A stretch of 64,000 bases of DNA, taken from positions 672,001 to 736,000 of the forward strand of contig CAWEXO010000011.1 in NCBI GenBank assembly GCA_963813025.1, read 5' to 3'. Numbering within the stretch: position 1 is the first letter of the stretch; every line of letters starts with the position of its first letter. The notes below the pieces were generated by a model. The model saw only the letters and a program-made list of their open reading frames with translations. It was not told the origin of the DNA and searched no databases. Position numbers and translations under genes: made by a program. Source of the DNA: an uncultured Verrucomicrobiae bacterium. GTDB lineage: Bacteria > Verrucomicrobiota > Verrucomicrobiia > Chthoniobacterales > JAFAMB01. Shown here piece by piece: positions 9,746 to 21,791 of this stretch.

Positions 9746-12700
9746 CTAAAGTGCTTCGGCCGCACTTTGCAGGATGCCGGCCAACCGTTCGCGAAATAAG
9801 GGCGAATCCTTCACGGAGAACTCTCTGGCTGTCCGCAATTTTACCTTTTCACCGAAAGGAGAAATGAAGCGCAAGAAGAGAGGCTGCTCGCCCGGAAACT
9901 GCCGGATTAATTCCCGAATGCCTTCCAGCCGGCGCTCGTCCAACTGGTCTGCTGGCAAATCGATAGTGAGCGGGCGAGAAGACTTGTCGGGCGCGATTGA
10001 GCCGATCTCGTTAGCTACCAGACGAACGCCATCCTCTTTTCGATCGAGCCTGGCCTTAACCGAAACTATCCTGGATTTCTCGATCTCGCGAGCCGCACTG
10101 GTATAGACCTCTCCCCAAATCAGTATCTCCACTTGTCCAGTGAAATCTTCGAGGGAGACGATGGCGAACGGTTTGCCTTCTTTTTTGGTAAATTTGCGAT
10201 CGACGGCGACGATCGATCCCGCAATCTGGACAGCCGCTTTGTCGTCCTTGGCCTGCAACTCACCAATCGGCAAGTACGATCCCTGCTCGAGCTGTGTTCG
10301 ATAGCTGTCGAGTGGATGACCCGTGACGTAGAAGCCGAGTAGATCCTTCTCGTACCCGAGTTTCTCGGCCAGAGACCAAGGAGTAAAGTTCACCGCTTCG
10401 CCAATCCTGACAGGAGCGGACTCCAGTTCGAGGTCGCCAAAAAGCGAGACTTGGCCACTCATTCGATCTCTCTGGGCGGAAGCACCCGAACTGAGGGCCA
10501 GATCGATCCGGGCAAAAAGTTCAGCCCGATCTCTACCCGTGAAATCGAAAGCACCCGCCCGGATCAGATTCTCCAGGATCTTTCGATTGACGGAGCGTGA
10601 ATCGAGCCGACTGCAGTAATCCTCCATCGATTTGTACGGACCGTGCGCGAGCCGCTCGGAAATTGCGGCGTCCATGGCAGATTCCCCGATATTTTTGATG
10701 GCGGCTAAGCCATAACGGATCGCGCGCCGGTCGCCGGCCGTCTCCGGAACAAACTTGAGATGGCTCTGGTTGACATCCGGAGGCAGGATGGAAATGCCGA
10801 GCCGCTGGCACTCGGCCACGAACACCGAAATTTTTTCGGTGTTGTTGACTTCGTTGCTGAGCAAGCCGGCCATGAACTCGACCGGATAGTTCGCTTTCAG
10901 AAAAGCGGTCCGATAACTGATCAGGCCGTAGGCGGCGCTGTGGCTTTTGTTGAATCCGTAGCCGGCGAATTTTTCGAGCAGATCGAAGATCGCGTTCGCC
11001 TTTTTCTCCTCGATCCCGTTCACCCGTCTTGCATCCGGCGATGAAGTTGACGCGCTCCTTCGCCATTTTGTCCTTGTCCTTTTTGCCCATCGCGCGGCGG
11101 AGCAGATCCGCTTGGCCGAGGCGTGTAGCCGGCCAGGACATTGGCGGCGCGCTGCACCTGTTCCTGGTAAATCATGATGCCGTAGGTGTCGGCACAGACC
11201 TCCTTGAGCAGCGGATGCTCGTATTTGATTTTGGTCAGACCTTTCTTGCGCTTGATGTAGTCCGGGATCAGCTCCATCGGTCCCGGGCGATAGAGCGCGA
11301 TCAAGGCGATGATGTCATCGATGCTGCAGATATCGAATTGCTTGCAGAGGTGCACCATGCCGCCGGATTCCAACTGAAAAATGCCGATCGTTTCGCCGCG
11401 GTTGAGGAGGTCGAAGCTGGTCTGGTCGTCGAACGGGATTTCCTCGATCGAAAACTCCGGCTCGCGTTGGCGGATCAGGTTCTCGGTATCCTGGATCACC
11501 GTCAGCGTCTTAAGCCCGAGGAAATCCATCTTCAGCATGCCCAGATCGGTCAGCGGACCCATGGCATATTGGGTGATGACCTCGTTATCGTTACCTCGGC
11601 AGAGCGGGATGTAATCGTCGAGCGGCCGATCGCCGATCACGACGCCGGCCGCATGCATGCCGGCATTGCGCGTGAGGCCTTCGAGCACGGTCGCGTAATT
11701 CCAGAGCTGTTGGGTGGCCGGCTTCGGTCTCAACGGCTTTTTTCAATTCCGCATTCTTTTCCAGCGCGAATGTCAGCGTGATTCCAAGTTCGTTCGGGAT
11801 CATCTTCGCGATGCGGTCGGCGTCGGAGTAGCTCAAGCCCATGACGCGGCCGACATCGCGGACGACGCTCTTAGCGCCTAGTGTGCCAAAGGTGATGATC
11901 TGGGAGACGCGCGCAAGCCGTACTTTGCGCGCACGTAATCGATCACTTCGCCTCGCCGGTTCTGGCAGAAATCGACGTCGATATCCGGCGGGCTGACCCG
12001 CTCCGGGTTCAGGAACCGCTCGAAGATCAAGCCGAACCGCAACGGGTCCAGATCGGTGATCTTCGAGCACGTAGGAGACCAGCGAGCCGGCCGCCGAACC
12101 GCGCCCCGGTCCAACCGGAATTCCATTCTGTTTCGCGTAGTGGATGAAATCCCAGACGATCAGGAAATAGCTGATGAACCCGGTTTTCTCGAGCATGCTC
12201 GAGTTCGTACTCGAGCCGGTCGCGCAGTGTCGGAGTCGCTCTCGCGCTCGGTCCCCATAGCTTTCCCGCAAGCCCGGCAAAGCAAAGCTCGTGCAAATAT
12301 GCGTCCCGCGATTTGCCGGGCGGAGGCTCATACGCCGGATATTTCGATGAATCCGAAATCAAGCTTGAAGATCGCACAGTTCAGCGATACGCAGCGTGTT
12401 CGTCAGTGCCTCCGGTACGTGCGGGAAGAGGGCGCGCCATCTCTTCGGGCGATTTGAAGTATACCTCGGTAGGGTAATGCATTCGCCGTTCGTCGTGCAC
12501 CATCGCGCCGGTGCCGATGCAGATCATGACGTCATGTGCTTCATGATGCGAGCGATCCAGAAAATGCACATCGTTCGCCGCGACCGACCGGGATTTGCCA
12601 ACGTTTCGGAGATCTGCAGAAGCGCTCATTGCAGAGATGCTGCGCCTCGATGCCGTGATCATGCAGCTCGAGGTAAAAGTATTCCGGTCCGAAGATATCG

Positions 12701-13198
12701 GCAAACTCTTGGGCCGCGCGTTCCGCCTTTTTTAAATCGTCGTCCTGGATCGCCACGTTGATTTCGCCCTTCAGACAAGCGCTCATACCGATCAGGCCCG
12801 CGGCTGTGCTGCGCCAGGATCTCTTTGTCGATCCGCGGCTTGTAATGGAATCCCTTCCAGATGCGCCGGCGGAGACCAGTTTGACCAGATTGCTATAGCC
12901 TTCGAAGTCGCGCGCCAGGAGAGTGAAATGATAAGCGGCGTCGCGCTGGCCGATGAGGCGCTCCGGTCGGTCATGAGCCGGGCGCCATGTAGACTTCGCA
13001 CCCGATGATCGGCTTGATGCCGGCCTTCGTCGCCGCCTGTAGAATTCGATCGCGCCGAACATGTTGCCGTGATCGGTGATGGCTACGGCGGGCATGCCGA
13101 AATTCGGCCGCCTTTTTCATCAGATCGGGTATCCGGACCAGCCCGTCGAGCAGCGAGTATTCAGTATGGAGATGCAGGTGAACAAAGGAGTCGGACAT
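9746..13198 (-). CDS. dnaE: DNA polymerase III alpha subunit, fragmented by many indels
   Basis: [63 protein letters not shown] and a C-terminal OB fold in successive frames. Confidence 0.95.
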
Positions 13199-13276
13199 CA
13201 GAAGAAACAGGATAACCGGGAACGAGATAACGATCAATGGTATGAGCGGGGCTGAGCGGACTTAGCGGGGCGTTCC

Positions 13277-13440
13277 GTAGAGCGGACGGCCTCGGGCGTG
13301 TCGGACTTTGGAAAATCTGTAGCACGCCGCCCAAGCGATTGGTCGCCCGAGCGATTAGAGACCGTCTCAGATTGCCGCACTGTCCTGTGCCGGTGCCAAG
13401 GGGTGAAAGCAAGAGTACGGACGAGGCCGTCCGCGCTACG
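13277..13440. repeat. Inverted pair of GTAG-type REP-like palindromes (related copy at ~50592-50615)
   Basis: gtagagcggacggcctcg ... ggacgaggccgtccgcgctac; cf. ggacgagggcatccgcgctac. Confidence 0.6.
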
Positions 13441-13477
13441 CAAAAAGCAGGTCCCGCGCTTGCCAGACCACTCCTAA

Positions 13478-14260
13478 CTAAGCGGTCAGTTTCCCGCGGA
13501 TGTCACGAAAGCTGATTTGGCAAAGAATCACGGAGTAGATCAGCAAGGCCAGGCAGTGGAGGAGCACCGGCACCGGCTGCCAATCGCCCCAGGCCGCGGA
13601 TTGCATCAAACGCACTCCATGATAAAACGGAGACAACTGGATGACGGCCGCCAAAAACGTGCCGCGGGGAATCGGGAAAAAGACTCCCGAGAGGAAATAG
13701 ATCGGAGCGATCAAGAAGGAGTAGACCGTCTGGAATTGATTGATATTTCTGACGCGCGCGGCCGAGATCAATCCGATCGCGCCGCAAGGGATCCCGAGCA
13801 TCCCGCCGATAACGGGAAAAAGCAAAACGGCGGCGACCGGATTCGGCAGCAGACCACAAACGAGCAGAACAAGACCGACACCGAAAGCCATGCTGGCCGC
13901 GCGGACAAAAACCCAAATAAACTCGCCGAGAACGACTTCAGCCACACCGATCGGCGTGGTCAGCATCGCTTTGAAAACTGCTTCGAAGCTCATCCGGACA
14001 AAGAAGCCGTAGCTGCATTCAAAGAAGGCTGTGAACAGAGCGGTAGAGGCGGCTAAACCCGGGGCGAGAAATTGAGCGTAAGTGCGGCCTTCGATGTGTC
14101 CAATGAATGGTGATAGACCGAGCCCGAGCGAGGTCAGGATCAAGGCGGGATCGGCCAGGGTAGGCGAAATGTTTGCCAGGAAATCCTTGCGATAGACTAC
14201 CCAGTTGCGGACCACGACCTGCCAAGCGAGTCGCGTAGTGATAGTCAGTTCATTCATCAT
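13478..14260 (-). CDS. ABC-2 transporter permease, NodJ-like
   Basis: YAQFLAPG, MLTTPI, PIYFLSGVFFP, SPFYHGVRL; six TM segments; coupled to the ATPase gene. Confidence 0.85.
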   Translation of the reverse strand: MMNELTITTRLAWQVVVRNWVVYRKDFLANISPTLADPALILTSLGLGLSPFIGHIEGRTYAQFLAPGLAASTALFTAFFECSYGFFVRMSFEAVFKAMLTTPIGVAEVVLGEFIWVFVRAASMAFGVGLVLLVCGLLPNPVAAVLLFPVIGGMLGIPCGAIGLISAARVRNINQFQTVYSFLIAPIYFLSGVFFPIPRGTFLAAVIQLSPFYHGVRLMQSAAWGDWQPVPVLLHCLALLIYSVILCQISFRDIRGKLTA

Positions 14261-15215
14261 CGGCGAGGCCATGTCCGGTCAACCGGAGATAGACATCTTC
14301 CAGGTTAGCCGGCCGCAACTGGAGTGCGGTCACCCCGGCAGCAGCCTGCAAAGCAGTTAAATCCTCTAGTCGCGGGACTCGGATGCACGTTTGATGTCCT
14401 TGTTGAAAAACCGGCCAGTCGGGCTGGATCTGTTTCCGGAGGATGGATTCTTCCTGAATCCGGAAATAGCCGACATACCCCGGCGCGTGACGATCGATCA
14501 GATCGCGCGGTGTTCCGGTGGCAATTACTTTGCCATGGTTGAGAATGACCACCCGGTTACAGAGCAGTTCCGCCTCGTGCATATAGTGGGTGGTGATCAG
14601 CACTGTCTTGCCGCTCTGACGATAGTTCAGCACCTTTTCCCAGAGAAGATGGCGGACGGCTGGATCCAAGCCGGTGGTCGGCTCGTCGAGAATGAGGAGT
14701 TCGGGATCGGCCAGTAACGCCCGGACAAAAACCAGGCGACGTTTCATCCCGCCGGAAAGCGAGCGGATCGGCGCATCGCGTTTGTGCTCAAGGGACATTT
14801 CGGCCAGGAGCGCTTCGATTCGGTCGCGGGCTGCCTTCACCCCGAGGAGAGCAAAACGGGCGTAGAGCCGCATGTTCTCGAGCACCGTGAGTTCCTCATC
14901 GAGAGCATTCTCCTGCGGGACCACGCCGAGCCGAGTCTTGATCGTTCTCGCTTCCTTGTGCGGGTCCAGACCAAATACCAGGAGGTTGCCGCCCGAACGC
15001 AAGACCGCTCCGTACAGGCAGCCGATGAAGGTTGATTTGCCGGCTCCGTTTGGGCCGAGTAAACCGACGCACTCTCCCCTGTCCACCTCGAGATCCAGCG
15101 CTTGAAGGGCCTCAGTCTCGCCGAACCGCTTCGTGACGGCTTGGGCTTGGATGACCCCAGCCGGCTCCGACACGGCTCGTCGGGGAGATTGCGGGGTTTC
15201 GATAATCGCCGGCAT
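14250..15215 (-). CDS. ABC transporter ATP-binding protein, NodI-like
   Basis: GPNGAGKST, LSGGMKRRL, LILDEPTTGLDP, THYMHEAE. Confidence 0.9.
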   Translation of the reverse strand: MPAIIETPQSPRRAVSEPAGVIQAQAVTKRFGETEALQALDLEVDRGECVGLLGPNGAGKSTFIGCLYGAVLRSGGNLLVFGLDPHKEARTIKTRLGVVPQENALDEELTVLENMRLYARFALLGVKAARDRIEALLAEMSLEHKRDAPIRSLSGGMKRRLVFVRALLADPELLILDEPTTGLDPAVRHLLWEKVLNYRQSGKTVLITTHYMHEAELLCNRVVILNHGKVIATGTPRDLIDRHAPGYVGYFRIQEESILRKQIQPDWPVFQQGHQTCIRVPRLEDLTALQAAAGVTALQLRPANLEDVYLRLTGHGLADDE

Positions 15216-15333
15216 GAGCGCCAACTAGTCCTAAAGCCCGCCCTCAGGCAAGCGGTGTTTCCTTGCTCTGTCTACGGTTCCCGGCGGCCCATTTTGAACG
15301 TAACGATGGCACGAGTATACGAGAGACGGTGCA

Positions 15334-16734
15334 CTAGCGTGGGGCCTTTTTCTCGCGGTTCCGCGCCTTTCCACGGAAGGCTTGCCTCTCCGTTGCCGCG
15401 GTCGGTCCTCTGTCGTGCGCGCCCGGGTGTGCCTCCTCCGTGCCTGCCGCCTGCGAATGCTCCTTGAAAATTGCGCAAGCGATGTCTGTTGGAGAGAAAC
15501 CTAGCTCGAGAAATCGATCAACAACCCGCCTCTCGGTCTCAAAGTCATCCTTGAGGAGATGCTCACGGATTTTTTCGATAAAGACGTTCGATCGTTTTTC
15601 TTCGATTTCTTCGCGGCTGGGTACCTGGCGTCGTTGAATCTTCGACCGCGTGAATCGCTCAATACTTTGCAGTCTATAAATCTCTCGTCCTTCGACCAGG
15701 GAGACCGCGCGACCGAAACGACCAGCGCGGCCAGTGCGCCCGATGCGGTGCAGGTAATCTTCCTCGTCCCAAGGAAGATCATAGTTGAAAACTACCTCCA
15801 CATTTTCGACGTCGACGCCGCGAGCGGCGACATCAGTCGCAACAAGAAATTCCAGCTGTGAATTGCGGAACTTTCCAATCGCGCGTTCGCGTTGCGCCTG
15901 GCTGATATCGCCGTGAATCCGTTCCGCCGAGTATCCGCGCGCGATCAGTTCATCAGTTAGCTGATCAACCATCTTCTTCGTATTACAAAAAATGATAGCG
16001 AGCTTGATATCATTTAAGTCAATCAACCGGGTCAACGCCTCAGTTTTTGCTCTGCCCCGGACATCGTAGTAAGTCTGCTCGACGGTGGGGACAGTTAGTT
16101 GTTTGTGTTCGATCCGGATGGTTTCCGGATCCCGCGTAAACCGCCGGATTAACTCCTGAATCGGCCGGGAAAACGTCGCGGAAAAACAAACCACTTGGCG
16201 ATTCGCTGGGAGGGTTTCCAGGATTCGTTGAATGTCGTCGCGGAAGCCCATGTCAAACATTTCATCCGCTTCATCCAGAACCACCATCTTCACCTGCGTT
16301 AGATCCAGTGTTCCTCGCTCCAGGTGATCGAGCAGGCGGCCCGGTGTACCAATCACAATCTGCGCCCCGTGCCGCAGAGCGCGGATCTGACGGTCGTATG
16401 ATTGACCACCATAGATTGGCACCGAGTGAACGCGTCGTTTGAATGCAGCAAATTTGTAAATTTCCTCGGCCACCTGAAGGGCCAGCTCCCGGGTAGGGCA
16501 AAGGATCAGAACCTGCGTGTGAGTCGAGGCCGGATCCGCGAGTTCGACAGCGGGAAGGCCAAAAGCGGCGGTTTTGCCCGAGCCGGTCTGGGATTGACCA
16601 ATCACGTCTTTGCCTCTCAATAAGGCGGGAATAGCGGCCGCTTGGATCGGAGCGGGTTTCTCGTAACCGAGTTGGTCGACGGCCTTCAGCAGAGCGGGAG
16701 AAAGCCCAAGTTCAGAAAAAGCGGAAGCTGTCAT
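15334..16734 (-). CDS. DEAD-box RNA helicase (DeaD/CshA-like)
   Basis: Q motif, QTGSGKT, PTRELA, DEAD, SAT, HRIGRTGRAG. Confidence 0.95.
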   Translation of the reverse strand: MTASAFSELGLSPALLKAVDQLGYEKPAPIQAAAIPALLRGKDVIGQSQTGSGKTAAFGLPAVELADPASTHTQVLILCPTRELALQVAEEIYKFAAFKRRVHSVPIYGGQSYDRQIRALRHGAQIVIGTPGRLLDHLERGTLDLTQVKMVVLDEADEMFDMGFRDDIQRILETLPANRQVVCFSATFSRPIQELIRRFTRDPETIRIEHKQLTVPTVEQTYYDVRGRAKTEALTRLIDLNDIKLAIIFCNTKKMVDQLTDELIARGYSAERIHGDISQAQRERAIGKFRNSQLEFLVATDVAARGVDVENVEVVFNYDLPWDEEDYLHRIGRTGRAGRFGRAVSLVEGREIYRLQSIERFTRSKIQRRQVPSREEIEEKRSNVFIEKIREHLLKDDFETERRVVDRFLELGFSPTDIACAIFKEHSQAAGTEEAHPGAHDRGPTAATERQAFRGKARNREKKAPR

Positions 16735-16894
16735 CAAAAGCGAAAATGCCGTCGCCGGGCGCGACACCGACTGCTGAAGCTGGAGCGCAGCGTGCCGTTA
16801 CATAGGGCGACGAACCGGCTGGAGTCAACCGGTAATAAGCGTTTGCCTTATCGGGGCGTAAAGCTGTGCGGGTGTCTCGCAATGTGTCCTTGGC

Positions 16895-17040
16895 CCTGTT
16901 GCCGGTGGGGCGATCCGCCTTGGCGGACGAGGCTCAGGCGAGAACTTGTTTGAGCATCTGGAGCGGGTGGCTCACCCAAGCGTCCGGCTCAAACAAGTTC
17001 TCGCTAAGGCTCGAATAAATTTTCGCCCTACCGCCACAGG
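16895..17040. repeat. REP/MITE family A, copy 1 (long imperfect palindrome)
   Basis: cctgttgccggtggggcg...ggctcaaacaagttctcgctaaggctcgaataaattttcgccctaccgccacagg; homologous to copies at 21929, 32946, 37695 and 61629. Confidence 0.9.
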
Positions 17041-17198
17041 ACCAAAGGCGCCTTGGGACATCCCTCGAACCTCTTCCGAACCATAGCTCGATTGCGCGCG
17101 CTAGGGCCCTCCAAGCCGAACTCACTTCCGCTCCGCAGGCAGCAAATAACGGACGACGCGTGCTTGTCCTGAACGAAGCCTTAGGATTGGTTGAGAGG

Positions 17199-18386
17199 AT
17201 GGTCAAGCCGCGTCTGTTAACGTTGTTTTGCTACGGGTCGATGATGAGTTTGGCGATCGGCTTGAATCTCTTGCCGGTCTTCCTGACCAGCTTGAGCGCT
17301 ACTTTCGGTGGGAGTGCGGGGTTGACGCAGGAACAACTGGGTCGACTTGGTGCCATCGGTTTTGCTGGTCTGGTTCTCGGTATCCTGATCACTGGTCCAC
17401 TGGCTGATCGCTGGGGAGCAAAGGGCTTTGCTCTGGTCGCGAACGGCATCATCAGCGCAAGCTTGGCTGGAATGTCGTTCGCACCAGACTACGGGATTCT
17501 TTCTGCGACCATCTTTTGCCTGGGGTTCGGAGCCGGCGTTTTGGACATGATTCTCAGTCCGGTGGTGGCGGCTCTCAACCCGGGCCGGAGATCGGCGGCG
17601 ATGAATTGGCTGCACTCGTTTTATTGTGTGGGTGCAGTCGTGACGATCTTTGCGGGGACTGTCGCGCTACGGATTGGATTAGGCTGGAGACACGCATGTC
17701 TCGTGCTTCTCCCTTTGCCACTCGTTTTACTCGGCGGTTTGGCACAACTCGCTTTTCCGAAGCTCTTGACCGGACAAGGGAAGCGCTTGCGGATGCGCCG
17801 TCTGCTGCGTGAATGGTGGTTCGCGGGTGCGCTGATCGCGATCTTTCTCGGAGGAGCGACTGAGCTGGGAATGGCCCAGTGGCTTCCGGCCTACGCCGAA
17901 ACGACACTGGGATTTCCGCGGTGGATCGGTGGCATCGGGTTGTTGCTCTTCTCGGTTGCCATGGCCGCCGGACGAATGGTAGTAGGTGCCGTCGGCGCAC
18001 GAGTGGATCCCTTCGCCATTATGGCCTGGTGTTGCGGTTTCTCGGTTTGTCTCTTCCTCCTCGGATCCTTTCTACCCGTACCTCTGACGGCGTTGGCGGC
18101 CTGCGTGGCAGTCGGGTTCACGGGAAGTGCGCTATGGCCTACATTGCTTGCCGTTACGGGAGACCGATACCCGCTGGGAGGTGCGAGCATGTTTGCTGCC
18201 CTCGCCGCCTTTGGCAACGCCGGTGGGATCCTGATGCCTTGGGTCGTCGGATGGATTGGCGACCTTTTCAATCTCCGTTGGGGCCTGGCCATTTCGGGAG
18301 TCGCACCGCTCTTGATGTTGCCGTTAGTGCTTCTCTTGAAGCGCCAAAACACCGAAGCCTTGGCTGCGCCCGCGACAGTCGCGTAG
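17199..18386 (+). CDS. MFS transporter (FucP/TsgA-like)
   Basis: ~12 TM segments, GPLADRWG motif A, MNWLHSFYCVG. Confidence 0.9.
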   Translation: MVKPRLLTLFCYGSMMSLAIGLNLLPVFLTSLSATFGGSAGLTQEQLGRLGAIGFAGLVLGILITGPLADRWGAKGFALVANGIISASLAGMSFAPDYGILSATIFCLGFGAGVLDMILSPVVAALNPGRRSAAMNWLHSFYCVGAVVTIFAGTVALRIGLGWRHACLVLLPLPLVLLGGLAQLAFPKLLTGQGKRLRMRRLLREWWFAGALIAIFLGGATELGMAQWLPAYAETTLGFPRWIGGIGLLLFSVAMAAGRMVVGAVGARVDPFAIMAWCCGFSVCLFLLGSFLPVPLTALAACVAVGFTGSALWPTLLAVTGDRYPLGGASMFAALAAFGNAGGILMPWVVGWIGDLFNLRWGLAISGVAPLLMLPLVLLLKRQNTEALAAPATVA

Positions 18387-18501
18387 CGTCTTGGCGGAGA
18401 GCAGCGCGATTGCGATCGGTTCTTTTGCTTCGCCGCCTTTGACGCGATACTCGGCACTCGGGACTGGGGCCTCGGCACTCGGCACTCGGCACTCCTCGAG
18501 G

Positions 18502-19502
18502 CTACCAAGCGTAGGCCTGGGGCGCTTCGCCGCCGGGACCTGGGAAAATCTCGTCGAGCTTTTTCAAGGTATGCTTCATCCAGCGTGATTTCCGTGGCGT
18601 GCAGGGTGGACTCCAGCTGCTCGATGGTTCGAGGGCCGATGATGGGCGCAGTCACGATCGGGTTGTGCAAAAGCCAGGCCAGGGCTACGGCTGCGGGAGG
18701 TTGCCCCCAACTGTTTGCAGAGAGCCTCGTACTGTTCCAGCTTGGGCCGGTTCTTGTTGATTTCCTTCAGGGACTCCTCACTGGCGCGCCGGCCGCTTTC
18801 CAGCTTCTCCAGGGCTCCACCCAGAAGGCCGCCGCCCAGAGGGCTCCAAGGGATCAGTCCCAAACCGTAGTGCCGGCAGGCGGGAATGACCTCCAGCTCC
18901 ACCATGCGGTTGTTCAGGTGGTAGATGCTCTGTTCGCTGGACAACCCATCAAGCCGCGTTTGGAAGCCTCCTGGCAGGCGGTGGCGATGTCCCATCCCGC
19001 GAAATTACTAGACCCTACATAAACCACTTTGCCCTGGTTGCCCAGTTGTTCGAAAGCTTGCCAAGTCTCGTCCCAAGGACAGTCCCGGTCCACGTGGTGC
19101 ATCTGGTAAAGGTCGATATGATCGGTCTGGAGCCGTTTTGAGGCTGCCTTCGCAGTGCTTGCGGATTTTGTACGCCGAAAGACTGCGGCCGTCGGTATTA
19201 GGTTCTGCCCGGTTGGCCTTGCGTCTGACGGGATTGAAGACCTTGGTGGCCAGGACCACCGCGTCGCGGCGGCCGCCGCCCTGGGCGAACCCGCGCCCCA
19301 GAATCTCCTCGGTGTCGCCCTGCTCGCCACCCCAGCCGTAGACGTCGGCCGTATCAAAGAAGTTGATGCCGAGCTCCAGGGCCCGGTCCATGATCAGGAA
19401 ACTCTCTTTCTGGGCGGTGTGCCAGCCGAAATTCATCGTACCCAGGCAAATGTTGCTTACCAGGGCTCCGTGTTTTCCCAAACGTTTGTGTTCGATTGCC
19501 AT
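18502..19502 (-). CDS. Aldo/keto reductase, frameshifted in this assembly
   Basis: ICLGTMNFG, FFDTADVYG, LQTDHIDLYQMHH, YVGSSNFAGW, IPWSPLGGG, PIIGPRT. Confidence 0.9.
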
Positions 19503-19640
19503 GTTCGTTTACCTCTCTTGCTTGCCTTCAGACGCGGAGTCAATTGCGCAAAGAAAGCCTTGAGCCAAAAGTCGCGAAACCAGTTCCGACTGGTCCGGGC
19601 CTGAACTGTAACAGAGAATTAACATCGGAAGGACCGTAAA

Positions 19641-21679
19641 TTGAAAGAGACTGAAGTTCGTTTTCGTCAGATTCACCTTGATTACCATACGAGTGAGCAC
19701 ATTGAGTCCGTCGGGTCGAACTTTGATCCCGACGAGTTCGCGGAAACCCTGGTTAAAGCCAGGGTTAATTCGATCACTTGCTTTGCTCGCTGCCACCACG
19801 GCTGGCTTTATTTCAATTCGAAGAAGTTTCCGGAACGTAAGCATCCCTACCTGCAACAGGAGTTGCTCCCGCAGCAAATCGAAGCGTGTCACCGTCGCGG
19901 CATTCGGGTTCCGATTTACATCACGGTCCAGTGGGATCACTACACCGCAACGCGTCATTCCGAATGGGTCTGCCTGGACGCCAAAGGCGCCCTGATCGGT
20001 AGTCCGCCGTTTGAGCCCGGTTTTTACCGGCGACTGTGCGTGAACTCACCTTACCGTGAGTTTCTTAAGGACCACACCACGGAGGTTCTGGAGACCTTTC
20101 CAACCGACGGCTTGTTCTTCGACATCGTGTGGCCGGAAACCTGTGCCTGTCGGTATTGCTGCGAGAAGATGCTCGCGGCCGGCCTCGAACCAAGCGATCC
20201 GGAAGTCCGGGAGCGATTCGGGCTTCAGACGATCAACGAGTTTAAGGAGGACATGACGCGGTTCGTTCGTGAACGGAATGCGGATTGCACAATCTTCTAC
20301 AACGCAGGCCATATTGGACCGCGCCATCGCTCGGTCAAGCAGGCGTGTAGCCATTTCGAATTGGAAACGCTGCCGAGCGGCGATGGGGCTACATCCATTT
20401 TCCAGTTAGCATCCGCTACGCCCGAACCCTCGGGCTGGATTGCCTGGGGCAAACGGGGAGGTTGCACACTTCCTGGGGGGATTTTCACTCATTCAAGAAC
20501 CTTCCAGCGCTGCGTTACGAATGCCTCCGGATGCTGACTCATGGTGCCAAATCTTTGATTGGCGACCAGCTGCCTCCGGACGGACGAATTGACCAGGAAG
20601 TGTACCGACTCGTGGGCGAAGTTTATCAGGAAGTCGAACAAAAGGAGCCCCGGTGCACCGGGGCGCGGCCGGTGACCGAGATTGGGGTTCTCACCCCGGA
20701 AGAATTTACCGGCAGTGGAGTTGGAGTTCTGCCCGATGCGATCAAAGGGGCAACGCGCATCCTGGAGCAAGGCGGACACCAGTTCGACATCTTGGATTCG
20801 GCCAGCAAATTCGCTGATTACCAGGTGCTGGTTTTGCCCGATCACATCCCGGTTTCGGCCGAACTCGCCCACAGATTAGAACAGTACGTCGGGGCTGGCG
20901 GAAGCGTCATCGCGAGCTTTGCTTCCGGCATGGACGAAAACCAAACGCGGTTTATGACGGACTTGTTTGGGGTGACTGTGATTGGCCCGGGTCCGCACGA
21001 TCTAAATGGGAGTCTTGTCCGCGGCAAAGCCTTTGGGCGTCATGATTACTGCGAATACCTTCTCCCGGAAGGCGCGATCGGTCGAGGCTTGCCGGAAACT
21101 GAACACGCCATGTACCGGAGGGGCATCGCCGTCGAGGCTGATGAAGGGGCGGAAGTCCTCGCTCCCATTGTGAAATCCTTGTTTGACCGGACCTACCGTC
21201 ACTTCTGCTCTCATCGGCAAACGCCCTCGTCCGGTTCGGAGGGTCAACCCGGGATCGTCTGCCAGGGGCACTGCATCTATTTTTCCAGTCCGATTTTCAG
21301 CCAATACAACGACAACGCCCCCCTTTGGTGCAAGCGGCTGGTTCTGAACGCGCTTGACCTTTTGCTACCAGAGCCCCTGATCAAACACAACGGGCCCAGT
21401 ACGCTCCAGGTGACCCTTACTGAACAAGCGAGCCAGGACCGCTGGATCCTCCACCTTTTGCATTTTATCCCGGAGCGGCGGAGCGAAGAGCTCGACGTGA
21501 TCGAGGACGTAATCCCGTTGTTCCAGGTCAACGTGAAGGTGAAGACGCCCCGGCCCGTTCGTGATGTGGCGATCGCACCCGCAAAAGCGTCCCTCGCCTT
21601 CCGTACTGAAGAATCTTACACAGTTTTCGAAATCGATCGGATCGACGGCCACGCGATGGTTAGTCTCGCTTTTGGTTAG
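19641..21679 (+). CDS. Putative glycoside hydrolase (GHL6-like TIM barrel plus beta-galactosidase trimerization-like domain), one frameshift near 20385
   Basis: FRQIHLDYHTSEHI, FARCHHGW, DGLFFDIV, FELETLPS|WGY, LHTSWGDF, CSHRQTP. Confidence 0.75.
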
Positions 21680-21791
21680 TATGCATCGATCCCTGCAACA
21701 AGCTGCAATAATCAGTGTTGTGCCAGCGGTTTTGCTGACAAACTCAAGAAACGGCGTAGCCGAAACCACCTCGTCCGCGCAGACTCCAGTA

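Noticed and set aside
9746..13198. Intein or naturally split dnaE
   Set aside because: Total length is normal (~1150 codons) and no intein motifs were seen; the breaks are small indels
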